Shown piece after piece: positions 50,351 through 60,170 of a stretch of DNA of 64,000 nucleotides. The notes beneath the pieces were generated by a model, which saw nothing but the letters and a program-made list of their open reading frames with translations, made no database searches and was not told where the DNA came from. Origin of the DNA: an uncultured Spirochaetota bacterium (lineage in GTDB: Bacteria; Spirochaetota; Spirochaetia; SZUA-6; CAVTHK01); contig CAVTHK010000011.1 of assembly GCA_963734495.1 (NCBI GenBank), positions 96,001 to 160,000 on the forward strand. Reading direction: 5' to 3'. How positions within the stretch are numbered: position 1 is the first letter of the stretch; every line of letters begins with the position of its first letter. The position numbers and the translations under genes are program-made.

Positions 50351-51628
50351 ATGCGTACCATTATCGAGCCGTCACGTGAGACCCCGGTCGTCGCGGAAGT
50401 GGACGTGCTGGTGGCCGGCGGCGGGCCGTCGGGAGTCGCGGCCGCTGTCGCCGCGGCCCGTCTCGGCGCGCGCACGCTGCTGCTGGAGCGCTACGGCTGC
50501 CTGGGAGGGCTGGCGACCGGCGGGCTCGTCCTGCACCTGATGGCCATGTTCGACAAGGCGGGCCGGCGCTGGGTCGGCGGGCTCGCGTGGGAGACGGCCG
50601 AGCGGCTCGCCGCGCTCGGCGGCTTGGCGCACGAGAGCCCCACGCGGCCGCACGCGGACTCCGAGCTCCTCAAGGTCGTGTGCGACCGCATGTGCGCGGA
50701 AGCCGGCGTCACGCTGCGGCTGCACTCGTGGGGCGTCGGCGCGCTGGTCGAAGGAGGTGCCGTCCGCGGCGCGATCGTCGAGAGCAAGTCGGGCCGGCAG
50801 GCGGTGCTCGCGAAAGCGTGTGTCGATGCGACGGGCGACGCGGACCTCGCGGCCGGCGCGGGCGCGGCGTACCGCAGCGGCACCATGGCCATCGGCCTCC
50901 CGCTCAAGATCGGCGGTGTCGACCTCGATGCATGGCGGGAGTTCGAGTCCAGGGATCCCGAGCGCGCCCGGGATCTCGCCGAAGAGGTCAGGGCGGCAGG
51001 CGGGTACCGCATTCGACCGCGGCCCACCCCTTATGGCGCGGCTGGAGTCTACTGGGTGAACATCAACGGGCTTGCCCGCAGGGCTTCCGGCGCCGCGGCG
51101 AACGGCAGCGACAAGCTCGAAGGCGACCTGGACGCGACCAGCGTAGAGGACCTGAGCTGGGCCGAGGTCGAGCTGCGGGAGCGCACGCTCGCGTCGCTCG
51201 ACTTCTACCGCAGGAACGCGCCGGGGTTCGAGAAGGTGCATCTGCTCGCCTTCGCGTCGCAGCTCGGCGTGAGGGACAGCCGCCATATTCGCGCGGTGCG
51301 CTCGGTGTCGAAGGCCGACGTCGAAGCTGACCACGCCTGGACCGACGGGGTCGGCTGCGTCGCGATGGACTACTCCACGCCCGGCCATGCGCGCGTGCCT
51401 TACGGCTGCCTTGTGCCGGAGCGGCTCGACGGGCTCCTCGCCGCCGGCCGCGCGATCGATGGCGACGACTGGGTGATGGAGACGCTGCGCCTCATCCCGC
51501 CGGCGATGGTCAGCGGCCAGGCCGCCGGCACCGCGGCGGCCCTCGCCGTGCGCGACGGGATCCCGCTCCGTGCCGTGGACACCGCTGCCCTCCGCGCCCG
51601 GCTCGAGCGGGACGGCGTGATCCTGTAG
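50351..51628 (+). CDS. FAD-dependent oxidoreductase
   Basis: VLVAGGGPSG, LERYGCLGG.ATGG, DATGDADL, VPYGCLVP, GQAAGTAAA. Confidence 0.9.
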   Translation: MRTIIEPSRETPVVAEVDVLVAGGGPSGVAAAVAAARLGARTLLLERYGCLGGLATGGLVLHLMAMFDKAGRRWVGGLAWETAERLAALGGLAHESPTRPHADSELLKVVCDRMCAEAGVTLRLHSWGVGALVEGGAVRGAIVESKSGRQAVLAKACVDATGDADLAAGAGAAYRSGTMAIGLPLKIGGVDLDAWREFESRDPERARDLAEEVRAAGGYRIRPRPTPYGAAGVYWVNINGLARRASGAAANGSDKLEGDLDATSVEDLSWAEVELRERTLASLDFYRRNAPGFEKVHLLAFASQLGVRDSRHIRAVRSVSKADVEADHAWTDGVGCVAMDYSTPGHARVPYGCLVPERLDGLLAAGRAIDGDDWVMETLRLIPPAMVSGQAAGTAAALAVRDGIPLRAVDTAALRARLERDGVIL

Positions 51629-51639
51629 CGCGTTCTTTC

Positions 51640-51667
51640 TTGACTTCGGCAATCGCGGGTATATCAT
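51640..51667 (+). promoter_or_regulatory. Sigma70-type promoter
   Basis: TTGACT-16 bp-TATCAT upstream of the SBP gene and its GGAGG RBS. Confidence 0.55.
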
Positions 51668-51696
51668 GGATCCAATCTTCCCGGAGGAGGTGCCTC

Positions 51697-52992
51697 ATGA
51701 AGGCTACGGGGATCATCGTCGTCTTCCTCGCCCTGACGATCGCGATTGCGTTCGCCGGAGGGCAAGGCGAGGGAGCCAAAGGCAAGCTGGCCGACTCGAT
51801 CACGGCTGCTCTCATCGAGAACACCAGCGACTACAAGACCATGAAGCCGGCGCTCGAGGAGTGGGGCAAGCGTAACAACGTCAAGGTCGAGGTCATCGGC
51901 TACCCCAACAAGGACCATAAGAACGCGCTGGTCACCGCGTGGGCGGCGGGCTCCGACAAGTACGACCTGGTGCAGCAGGGGCCGATCACAGAGTTCGTGG
52001 ATGCCGGGTTCATCATTCCCCTGGACGGGTCCGCCAACCCGGCCGTCAAGCTGACCAAAGAGTACCTGGACCAGATCTACGAGTCGGTCTACGAGATGTC
52101 CAAGTACAAGGGCAAGCCCTACATCCTGTACTACAGCACTGACGCCAACCCCCTGATCTGGCGCAAAGACATGTTGGAGGCAGCGGGCCTTGCCAAACCG
52201 GGGGACAACTGGACGGACTTCGTCAAAGCCGCGATCAAGCTGACCAAGGACACCAACGGCGACGGCGTGACCGATGTCTATGGCTTCTCGTCCTGGTACT
52301 CGCCCCAAACCAACGCCAACGCCCGGCAGTGGCGCGAGGTGGCCTACAACGAGGGCTCGGAGTGGTGGGCGAACAACGACTACACCTTTACCGATGAGCC
52401 CAGCGTTAGGGCGATGCAGCTTCACTATGACCTGATGAACAAGTACAAGGTCACGCCGCTGGCGGCGACGACCTGGTATCAGAACGAGCAGTTCAACGCG
52501 CTCAAGGCGGGTCAGGTGGCCATGTCCCAGATCGGCATCTGGCAGTGGGGCTCACTGAACGCGGACGACTCCCCGGTCAAGGGCAAGTGGGGCATCGGCG
52601 AGATGCCCGCCGCGGCCAAACGGCGCAGCACCGAGCTCGGCGGCAACGGGATCATGATCCCGAAGCTGACCAAGAAGGCGGCCACGGCATGGCAGGCTGC
52701 CCTGTTCACATGCAGCGAGGAGATGCAGATCAAGATGCAGCAGAGCCGCCTCGATTGGTCTGCGATGAAGTCGATCTACAAGAACGCGGCCGCGATCAAG
52801 GGAATGGAGGAGGCTGCGGCCGCCTACGAGCGGAACCTGCTGAACGCGCACACCCTGGCGAAGTCTCCGTACAGCAACGAAGTCGAGCTGATCTGCGCCA
52901 AGGCGATGGACAAGATCCTTCACGGCGCCGTGAGCCCGAAGCAGGGTCTCGAGGACGCCTACAAGGAGATCCACGCGACCTTGAAGTGGTGA
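51697..52992 (+). CDS. Carbohydrate ABC transporter substrate-binding protein
   Basis: Signal ending FAGGQGE; WRKDML..AGL..P.DNW.DF..AA.KLT.DTNGDG. Confidence 0.9.
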   Translation: MKATGIIVVFLALTIAIAFAGGQGEGAKGKLADSITAALIENTSDYKTMKPALEEWGKRNNVKVEVIGYPNKDHKNALVTAWAAGSDKYDLVQQGPITEFVDAGFIIPLDGSANPAVKLTKEYLDQIYESVYEMSKYKGKPYILYYSTDANPLIWRKDMLEAAGLAKPGDNWTDFVKAAIKLTKDTNGDGVTDVYGFSSWYSPQTNANARQWREVAYNEGSEWWANNDYTFTDEPSVRAMQLHYDLMNKYKVTPLAATTWYQNEQFNALKAGQVAMSQIGIWQWGSLNADDSPVKGKWGIGEMPAAAKRRSTELGGNGIMIPKLTKKAATAWQAALFTCSEEMQIKMQQSRLDWSAMKSIYKNAAAIKGMEEAAAAYERNLLNAHTLAKSPYSNEVELICAKAMDKILHGAVSPKQGLEDAYKEIHATLKW

Positions 52993-53013
52993 CGCCTCGC
53001 ACGTGAGGTTCTT

Positions 53014-53037
53014 GGGGGGAGCCGAAAGGCTCCCCCT
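53014..53037 (+). terminator. Intercistronic stem-loop with GAAA tetraloop after the SBP gene
   Basis: GGGGGGAGCC-GAAA-GGCTCCCCCT, no U-tract. Confidence 0.6.
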
Positions 53038-53059
53038 CGTGTCAGCCCCGGGAGGGCCC

Positions 53060-53965
53060 ATGCCGCAACGGCCGCGCCGCAAACTCACATTTGAACGTGT
53101 CTTTCCCTACCTGGCGATCGCGCCCGCCCTCGTCCTCATGGTTGCGGTGCTTGCCTATCCGATGCTTCAGATGGCCGTCATCAGCTTTCTTCAGTACAAC
53201 CTGAGGAACATCATGGGGCCGAAGCCCTTTGCGGGTTTCGACAATTACGCCCTGCTCCTCAAGCTCCCGGATTTCTGGCCTTCCTTCGGCCGCACGCTCT
53301 ATTTCGTCTTCTGGGGCTTGCTCGTCCAGATGATCCTGTCGCTGGGCCTGGCGCTTGTCGTCAGTCGCGACTTCTTCGGAGTCGGACTCGCCCGCAGCAT
53401 CATCATGCTTCCCTGGATGACCTCGTCGGCAGCCACTTCCGTGATGTGGGCCTGGCTCCTCGAAGGCACCTTTGGCGCTGTCAACTACGGGCTGCGCATG
53501 CTCGGCCTGATCAGGCAGCCGATCCTCTGGCTCGGCACCTACGGCCTGACGATGAACGTCGTCATCGGGCTGGACACCTGGCGCGAGGTGCCTGTCATGA
53601 CGATGATGCTGGTCGCGGGCCTGCAGTCGATTCCCGGCGAGCTCTACGAGGCGGCGCGCATCGACGGCGCCGGCTTCTGGTCGATCTTTGTCCGGATAGC
53701 GATGCCTCTTCTCGTGCCGACGATCATCCTGGTGCTGACGCTGCGCACGATGATCGCGCTGCGCGTCTTCGACCTGGTGGCTATCCTCACCAAGGGCGGC
53801 CCCGGGGGATCGACGGAGGTGATCGGCACTTACATCTACCGCAACGCCTTTTCGCGCTTCGATTTCGGCGCCGCCGCGGCGCTGTCGGTCATCCTCTTCC
53901 TGGTGACTCTCGTCATCAGTCTCGCCTACCTGCGGATGCTCGACAGCCGAAGGGAGGCCTACTGA
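53060..53965 (+). CDS. Carbohydrate ABC transporter permease
   Basis: FAGFDNY, ELYEAARIDGAG, TKGGPGGST. Confidence 0.95.
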   Translation: MPQRPRRKLTFERVFPYLAIAPALVLMVAVLAYPMLQMAVISFLQYNLRNIMGPKPFAGFDNYALLLKLPDFWPSFGRTLYFVFWGLLVQMILSLGLALVVSRDFFGVGLARSIIMLPWMTSSAATSVMWAWLLEGTFGAVNYGLRMLGLIRQPILWLGTYGLTMNVVIGLDTWREVPVMTMMLVAGLQSIPGELYEAARIDGAGFWSIFVRIAMPLLVPTIILVLTLRTMIALRVFDLVAILTKGGPGGSTEVIGTYIYRNAFSRFDFGAAAALSVILFLVTLVISLAYLRMLDSRREAY

Positions 53966-54828
53966 TGCCCTCCCGCCATCGGCGTCCCTCGGTGGCTACG
54001 ATCCTGGGCCGCTCTCATCTGCATGTCTACGCGGTCACGGTTCTGGCATGCGCGATCGCGGTGGGACCGATCCTGTGGACCCTTCTGACCTCCTTCAAGG
54101 CGACGGCGGAGGTCTACACGGCGATACCGACGGTGTTTCCACGGCGATGGGTGGTGGAGAACTATCATTCGTTGGTCCGCAACGCCGACTACCTGGCCTA
54201 CGGCCGCAACAGCATCGTGATCAGCGTCTTCGGCACCGTCTTTACCGTGTCGATCGCCGCGCTCGCCTCCTTTGCCTTTTCGCGGTACAAGTTCAAGGGC
54301 GGCAACGCGTTCTTTCTTGCGGTGCTCATCGCGCGCATGATCCCGCCGATCTCTTTTATCGTGCCGCTGTACGCCGGCGTGCGCGTGTTCAACGGCATGG
54401 ACAGCCCCGTGACCCTGATCGTGCTCGATACCGTGCTCAGCCTGCCGTCCGGCATCTTCATCCTGCGCGTCTTCTACGATCAGATCCCGAGGGAGATGGA
54501 CGACTCGGCGCGCATGGACGGGTGCGCGAACATCAAGCTGCTGCTGCGCATCATCGTGCCGCTCTCGGTGCCGGCCCTCGCGATGGTCACGATCTTCACT
54601 TTTACCGGAATCTGGAACGAGTACCTGTTCGCGGTCACGTTCGGACAGACCCACGCGGCCCGCACCCTGCCGGTCGTCGTGGCCAACCTGATCGAACCCG
54701 AGCACGAGACGAGCTGGGGGCAGGTGGCGGCGATCACCATGGTGACGACCTTCCCCATGCTGTTTCTGTGCGGATACGTGCAGCGTTACCTGGTCAGCGG
54801 AATCATGGCGGGATCGCTCAAAGGGTGA
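53965..54828 (+). CDS. Carbohydrate ABC transporter permease
   Basis: PILWTLLTSFK, IPREMDDSARMDGC, WNEYLFA, GSLKG; ATG overlaps the upstream stop. Confidence 0.95.
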   Translation: MPSRHRRPSVATILGRSHLHVYAVTVLACAIAVGPILWTLLTSFKATAEVYTAIPTVFPRRWVVENYHSLVRNADYLAYGRNSIVISVFGTVFTVSIAALASFAFSRYKFKGGNAFFLAVLIARMIPPISFIVPLYAGVRVFNGMDSPVTLIVLDTVLSLPSGIFILRVFYDQIPREMDDSARMDGCANIKLLLRIIVPLSVPALAMVTIFTFTGIWNEYLFAVTFGQTHAARTLPVVVANLIEPEHETSWGQVAAITMVTTFPMLFLCGYVQRYLVSGIMAGSLKG

Positions 54829-54858
54829 GCGGCCGCCTCGACAGAAGGAGAGAGACAC

Positions 54859-55925
54859 ATGTCCTACATCTACGACAGGATCTACGGGATCATCGCTGCG
54901 ACGCGGACGGCCTCGGCGATGGGCGCGGCCGTCGAGGGCTGGACGACAAAGGCGATCATCGACAAGTTCGGCGTCCTCGAGCACTTCGAGCCGTTCCACC
55001 ACTACAAGGAGCGGACCCAGTGGGTGCACCCGGCAGGCTGCACGGAGGACGGCATCGAGCGGCAGAAGCTGATGTGCACGGCGATCATCGAGAAGCAGGA
55101 CCGCATCACCGCCAACGACCTGGTCGAGACGTGGAAGAAGGTGCTCGACCCGGCAAAGATGGTCAACATGACCGAGCAGTTCGACCGCGACCTGCTGGCG
55201 GTCGCCAGGGCGGGGATCGTCCCGGCAGCCGACCTGGGGACGTTCTGCAAGTACCTGCACCTGAACACGACCATCCGCTCGTTCCATGCCTCTGCATGAT
55301 CAACCCCGGCGACATCGAGGCGGTCATCCAGGACCTCTACGACGTCGGCCGGGTCTACCAGCCGCTGGTAAGCGACTCCTACCCGTACGGCGTCGCTTAC
55401 AACGCCGCAGTCGTGCACGCGATGACGCCGGGCGCGACGGTGGACTCGGTCATCGCCACCGCGCTCAAGTATTCCAACGACATGGTGCGCAAGCAGCTCG
55501 AGCGCGACCTCGCGGTGGCGCGCAAGTACAAGAGCGCCCTCGACATGCGCGACGACCTGCACCAGTACTACACGGCCAAGGATGCTTATTACGACCAGTC
55601 GCGCGCCCACGAGACCGCGTGCAAGGCGATCGCGATCTTCGCTGTCGAAAAGGGCGACGTGCGCAAGTCGATCGTCGCGGCGGTCAACTTCGGCCGCGAC
55701 ACCGACTGCCTGGCTGCCGCAGCGGGCGGCCTCGCGGGCGCGCTGCAGGGCATCGACAAGGTTCCGGCCGACTGGGTCGACAGGGTCGAGGAGGTGACGA
55801 AGGCGAACCCCTACACCAACTCGCACGTGACGATGAAGGAGACCGCCGACGGCATCTACGCGGCTTTCAAGAACCGGATTGCGAAGATGAAGAAGTACGT
55901 CGCCTTCGCCGAGGCGAACGCGTAA
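54859..55925 (+). pseudogene. ADP-ribosylglycohydrolase (ARH/DraG)-family protein, -1 frameshift near 55289
   Basis: DRIYG...SAMGAAVEG, GCTEDG, and in the shifted frame AVNFGRDTDCLAA.AG.LAGA..G. Confidence 0.85.
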
Positions 55926-55949
55926 GCCAGCGGTCCCGAGCGGAGCGTC

Positions 55950-57013
55950 GTGGCGGCATCGTTCATCCAGGTGGGCTGCGGGGGCTGGGGCGGCCGCTGG
56001 GTCGCCGAGTTCCTGCCCCCGCACATCGCATCCGGACGCGCCATGCCCCTGGCCGTCGTGGATATCAGGCCGGAGGTGGCGGCCGCGGCGGCCGCGGCCT
56101 ACCGACTGCCCGCCGATCGCGCGTACACCGACGCGGCGCGCGCCTTCGACCGGCACGCCGATGCGGACTTCGCCGTCATCGTCGTGCCGCCGGCGAGCCA
56201 CGAGGCGATCGTCGACCTGGCTGTGGCCGCGGGCATGCACATCCTGAGCGAGAAGCCCATCGCCGACACGATGGCCGGCTGCGCGCGCGTCTACAAGAAG
56301 GTGAAGGCTGCCGGCCTCAAGATGGCCGTGACCATGAGCCACCGCTTCGACCAGGACAAGCAGACGCTGGCGCGCGAAGTCGCCAGCGGCCGCTACGGGC
56401 GGCTCAACTACGTGGTCGGGCGTAACACCTGGAACTGCCGGCGCAGGGGCGACTGGGGCGAGTTCCGCTACGACATGGCCGACCCGCTCCTCGTCGAATC
56501 GACGGTTCACCGCTTCGACATCATCCGCGCGGTCGCGGGGGCGAACGCCTCGCGGGTGTACGCGCTGACCTGGAACCCGGCGTGGAGCGACTTTCACGGA
56601 GACTGCAGCGCTCTCATCACGATCGAAATGACCAACGGGGTCAAAGTGTTCTACGAGGGCGCTAAAGCGAACGCGTCGGCGCTCAACAGCTGGGGCTTCG
56701 ACTACTTCCGGGCGGAGTGCGAGCGCGGGACGCTCGAGCTCGACAACCGGGTGCTTCGCCTCCTGCGCAGCAGGGGCAACGACCGGCCGTCGGCCGAGAC
56801 GCTGCCGCTCGCGGAGCAGCCTGCCTGGATGAACACGTGGCTCGCGAGATGTTCATCGACTGGCTCGAGGGAGGCCCCGAGCCGCCGAACTCGCTCGAGG
56901 ACAACATCCAGTGCGCCGCGCTGCAGTTCGCGGCGCTGGAGAGCGCCCACAGCGGTCGGCCCGTCGATGTCCAGGAGTTCCTCGAGCGGCACATGCGGGA
57001 GGTCGCGGTGTGA
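55950..57013 (+). pseudogene. Gfo/Idh/MocA-family oxidoreductase, -1 frameshift near 56847
   Basis: VGCGGWG, ILSEKPIA, ESTVHRFD; C-terminus AALESAHSGRPV in another frame. Confidence 0.85.
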
Positions 57014-57777
57014 GCGGGGGCAGAGTCGCGGTGATCACCGGCGGGACCGAAGGGATCGGCTTGGCCTGCGCGGCGTTGTTCGTCGAGCGCGGGTGGCGGG
57101 TCGTGATCGGCGGCCGGTCGCAGGACAAGGGCCGCCGCGCCGTGGAGATCCCTGGGCGCCGAGGCCGCGTTGTTTCTGGCCGGCGACGTGGCTGACGTGG
57201 AGGTGAACCAGCGGCTGGTCGGCACGGCCACAGAGCGCTGGGGCAGGCTCGATGCGTTCGTGGCGAACGCGGCGGCGCGCGTGTACTCCGACTTCGAATC
57301 CGCAACGGCTGGGACTGGGACACGGTACTGGCGGTCAACATCAAGGCGCCGGCGTACGGGGCGCGTTTTGCCGTGCCCGCCCTCAAAGCGCAGGGCGGTG
57401 GAGCGATCGTCATCATCTCCTCGCTCAACGCGCGGGTAGCGCGCAAGACCATGCCGCTCTACGACCTCACCAAGGCAGCGCAGATCTCCATGGCGAAGAG
57501 CCTCGCGGTCGCCTACGGCCGTGCCGGCATTCGAGCCAACGCCGTCTGCCCCGGCTGGATCATCACTGACTTCCACGCGCGCAACGCGGGAGTCTCGCCG
57601 AAGGAGCTGCGCGACCGCAACCCCGGCCACTGCCCGCTCGGGCCGCCCGGCGTGCCCGCGGACATCGCGTCGCTGGTCGTCTTCCTCTGCTCCGACGAAG
57701 GCCGACATATCACGGGGCAGGAGATATACGTCGACGGGGGCGAGAGCGCGACCTCGATGAACACGAAGGTGGGGTGA
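57010..57777 (+). pseudogene. Short-chain dehydrogenase/reductase, two frameshifts (~57150, ~57311)
   Basis: TGGTEGIG, LDAFVANAA, YDLTK (YxxxK), IRANAVCPG, ITGQEIYVDGG across three frame segments. Confidence 0.85.
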
Positions 57778-57854
57778 CGGGACGCGCCCGCGAGGCCGCG
57801 CCGAGGAAAGGAAACTGCTGCGCGTCGGCGCAAGACGAATGTCAGGAGGGTGTC

Positions 57855-58948
57855 ATGCTCAGGGACAAGTTCATGGGGTGCATCGCCGCGTCGTGGATCG
57901 GCTCGTCGATGGGAGCCGTGGTCGAAGGCTGGTCGCGCGAGCGGATCAAGGAGAAGTACGGGTTCTTCGACAAGCTCGACGAATACCGCCACTACGTCAA
58001 CGTCACCGACTGGACGCGTATGCCCGGGACGACCGAGGACGGCATCGAGCGGCAGAAGCTCATGGCCACCGCCATCATCGAGAAGAAGGGCCGCATCCTC
58101 GCGCACGACCTGCTGCGCGTGTGGCTCCGCGACCTCGACCCGGCGAAGATGATCTACAAGCAGGAGCGCTTCGACAGGTCGCTGCTCGAGCTCGCGCGCG
58201 CGGGCACGCCGCCGTCGGAGCTCGGGCGCCTCTGGCCCTTTCCCAACGTGAACTCGGTGGCGCGCGCGTCCCACGTGATCGGCCTCATCAACGCGGGAGA
58301 CCCCGAGGGCGCGGCCGACGACACCTACGAGATCGGCAAGCTGTACGCGGCCGAGCATTACTTCTCGCTGCGCTGGGCCGCGCTCTACAACGCGGCGATC
58401 GCCGAGGCCTGCAAGCCGGAATGCGACCGTGGAATCCGTCATCGCGACCGCCAAGCAGTTCGTTCACTACCGCGCCGCGGCCGGCTCGCTCTACGCGCTG
58501 TACGACACGATCGAGAAGGAGGTTACGCGTGCCTTCGACCTCGCGGCGAAGCACAAGGACCCGATGAAGATGCGGGACGAGTTCTACGACTATTACAACA
58601 GCACGGACTACTTCAACTACCACATCTCGCAGGCCAACGAGGTCGTGTCCAAGGGGCTCGCGGTCTTCGCGCTCGACCAAGGGCGACCCGAAGCAGGCGA
58701 TCCTCGTCTCCTGCAACTTCGGCCGCGACACCGACTGCCTCGCCGCGGTCTCCGCAGGCCTGGCCGGCGCTCTGAGCGGACCGGGGTCGCTGCCGAAGGA
58801 GTGGATCGAGCAGGTGAACAAGGCGACGCTCGCCGACCCGTACACCAACAACAAGCGCACGATCGAGCAGACGGCCGACGGGCTCGTCGAGGCCTACACG
58901 ACGAAGGCGAAAAAGTTGAAGGAAACCCTGCGGCTGATGGGCGTCTGA
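57855..58948 (+). pseudogene. ADP-ribosylglycohydrolase-family protein (second paralog), two frameshifts (~58421, ~58675)
   Basis: DKFMG...SSMGAVVEG, GTTEDGIERQKL, and manually read CNFGRDTDCLAAVSAGLAGALSG...DPYTN; stop at 58946-58948. Confidence 0.85.
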
Positions 58949-58987
58949 TCGCCGACATCGCGCGGCGGGCGGCTCAGCGCCCAGGCG

Positions 58988-60145
58988 TCAGCGGCCGGGG
59001 TCGCGGCCGAGCGTGATCTGCGAGGAGCCGAAGTTCTCGATGCTGCGCTTCTTCTCGTGGAAGCGCGGCATGCGCGCCAGCATCCCTGCCGCCGTGTAGA
59101 AGGGGTCCGCGGGATCGAGCGGGACCCGCACCTGTCGGCCTTCAACAGACGCCTTGTAGATCGCGGTGATGAGCTCGATCGTCTTGCGTCCCTCGACGCC
59201 GTCGATGAAGGGCGCGCGGCCTCCCTCGATCGCCGAGAGGACGTCGTCGATCTGCCCCTCGTGCCCCTCGTATGGGATCGTCTCCAGCGCATCGTAGCGT
59301 GCCTGGAGGCGCCGCACGGTCTCGGCGTCCTCGACCGGGAAGCCGTTTTCAAGCGACCGGCCGGCCCTGACCTTCCAGGGGATCCAGAGGCCCGCGCGCT
59401 CGCCCTGGAACATCAAGCCCTGCTCCTCACCATGATGCACGAGAGAGGCGGTAACCTGCGACAGGGTGCCGTCGCGGTGGCGGAGGATGGCGATCGCGAG
59501 GTCCTCGACTTCGGAGTTGTCGTGGTTGACGTTCGCGATGACGGAGACGACTTCGGCCGGCATGCCGCGGAGCCAGTGCAGCAGGTCGATGTGGTGCACG
59601 GCGTGGTTGAGGGTGCAGCCGCCGCCTTCCTTTTCCCACGTGCCGCGCCACCACAGGTCGTAGTAGCTCTGCCCGCGCCACCACCAGGAGTTGACCTGCG
59701 CGTGCAGGACGCGGCCGGCGGCGCCTTCGTCGAGGAGGCGCTTCATCTTCATCATGGGCGTGCGGAAGCGGTTCTGCGCGACCACCGAGAGCAGCCGGCC
59801 CGAGCGCTTCGCGGCCGCGACCATGGCGTCGCAGTCCGCCAACGAAGTCGCCATGGGCTTCTCGCAGAGCACGTGCTTGCCGGGGTCGAGCGCGCGGATC
59901 GCGGCCTCCGCGTGCAGCGACGGCGGCAGGCAGATCGACACGAGGTCCACCGACGGGTCCGCGAAGACGGCGTCCAGCTCGCGGGCAACGGACGCGTCCA
60001 GGCCGTGCTCGTGTTTGAGCGCCTCGGCCTTCTCCGGGTAGATGTCGCAGAGCGACACGATCCGGCAGCGGGACGAGAAGCGGACGAACGCTTTCGCGTG
60101 CGTGCGGGCGATGGCGCCGCAGCCGAGCAGCGCGACTCGGATCAT
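58988..60145 (-). CDS. Gfo/Idh/MocA-family oxidoreductase
   Basis: LGCGAIA, HVLCEKPMA, WRGTW..EGGG.TLNHAVHHID. Confidence 0.95.
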   Translation of the reverse strand: MIRVALLGCGAIARTHAKAFVRFSSRCRIVSLCDIYPEKAEALKHEHGLDASVARELDAVFADPSVDLVSICLPPSLHAEAAIRALDPGKHVLCEKPMATSLADCDAMVAAAKRSGRLLSVVAQNRFRTPMMKMKRLLDEGAAGRVLHAQVNSWWWRGQSYYDLWWRGTWEKEGGGCTLNHAVHHIDLLHWLRGMPAEVVSVIANVNHDNSEVEDLAIAILRHRDGTLSQVTASLVHHGEEQGLMFQGERAGLWIPWKVRAGRSLENGFPVEDAETVRRLQARYDALETIPYEGHEGQIDDVLSAIEGGRAPFIDGVEGRKTIELITAIYKASVEGRQVRVPLDPADPFYTAAGMLARMPRFHEKKRSIENFGSSQITLGRDPGR

Positions 60146-60170
60146 GGGAGCCTCCGGGCGCTGGCGCCCA

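Noticed and set aside
52240-52285. DxNxDG Ca-binding-like loops in SBPs (DTNGDG; DPDGNG near 47020)
   Set aside because: Common feature of these binding-protein families; not novel.
51697-54828. Apparently lower GC suggesting a genomic island
   Set aside because: Judged by eye only, explicable by Lys/Asn-rich and membrane-protein composition; no integrase, tRNA or flanking repeats.
54859-58948. DraT/DraG nitrogenase switch or ADP-ribosylating toxin-antitoxin/immunity pair
   Set aside because: No ADP-ribosyltransferase, nif or secretion-system genes; the context is purely sugar catabolic.
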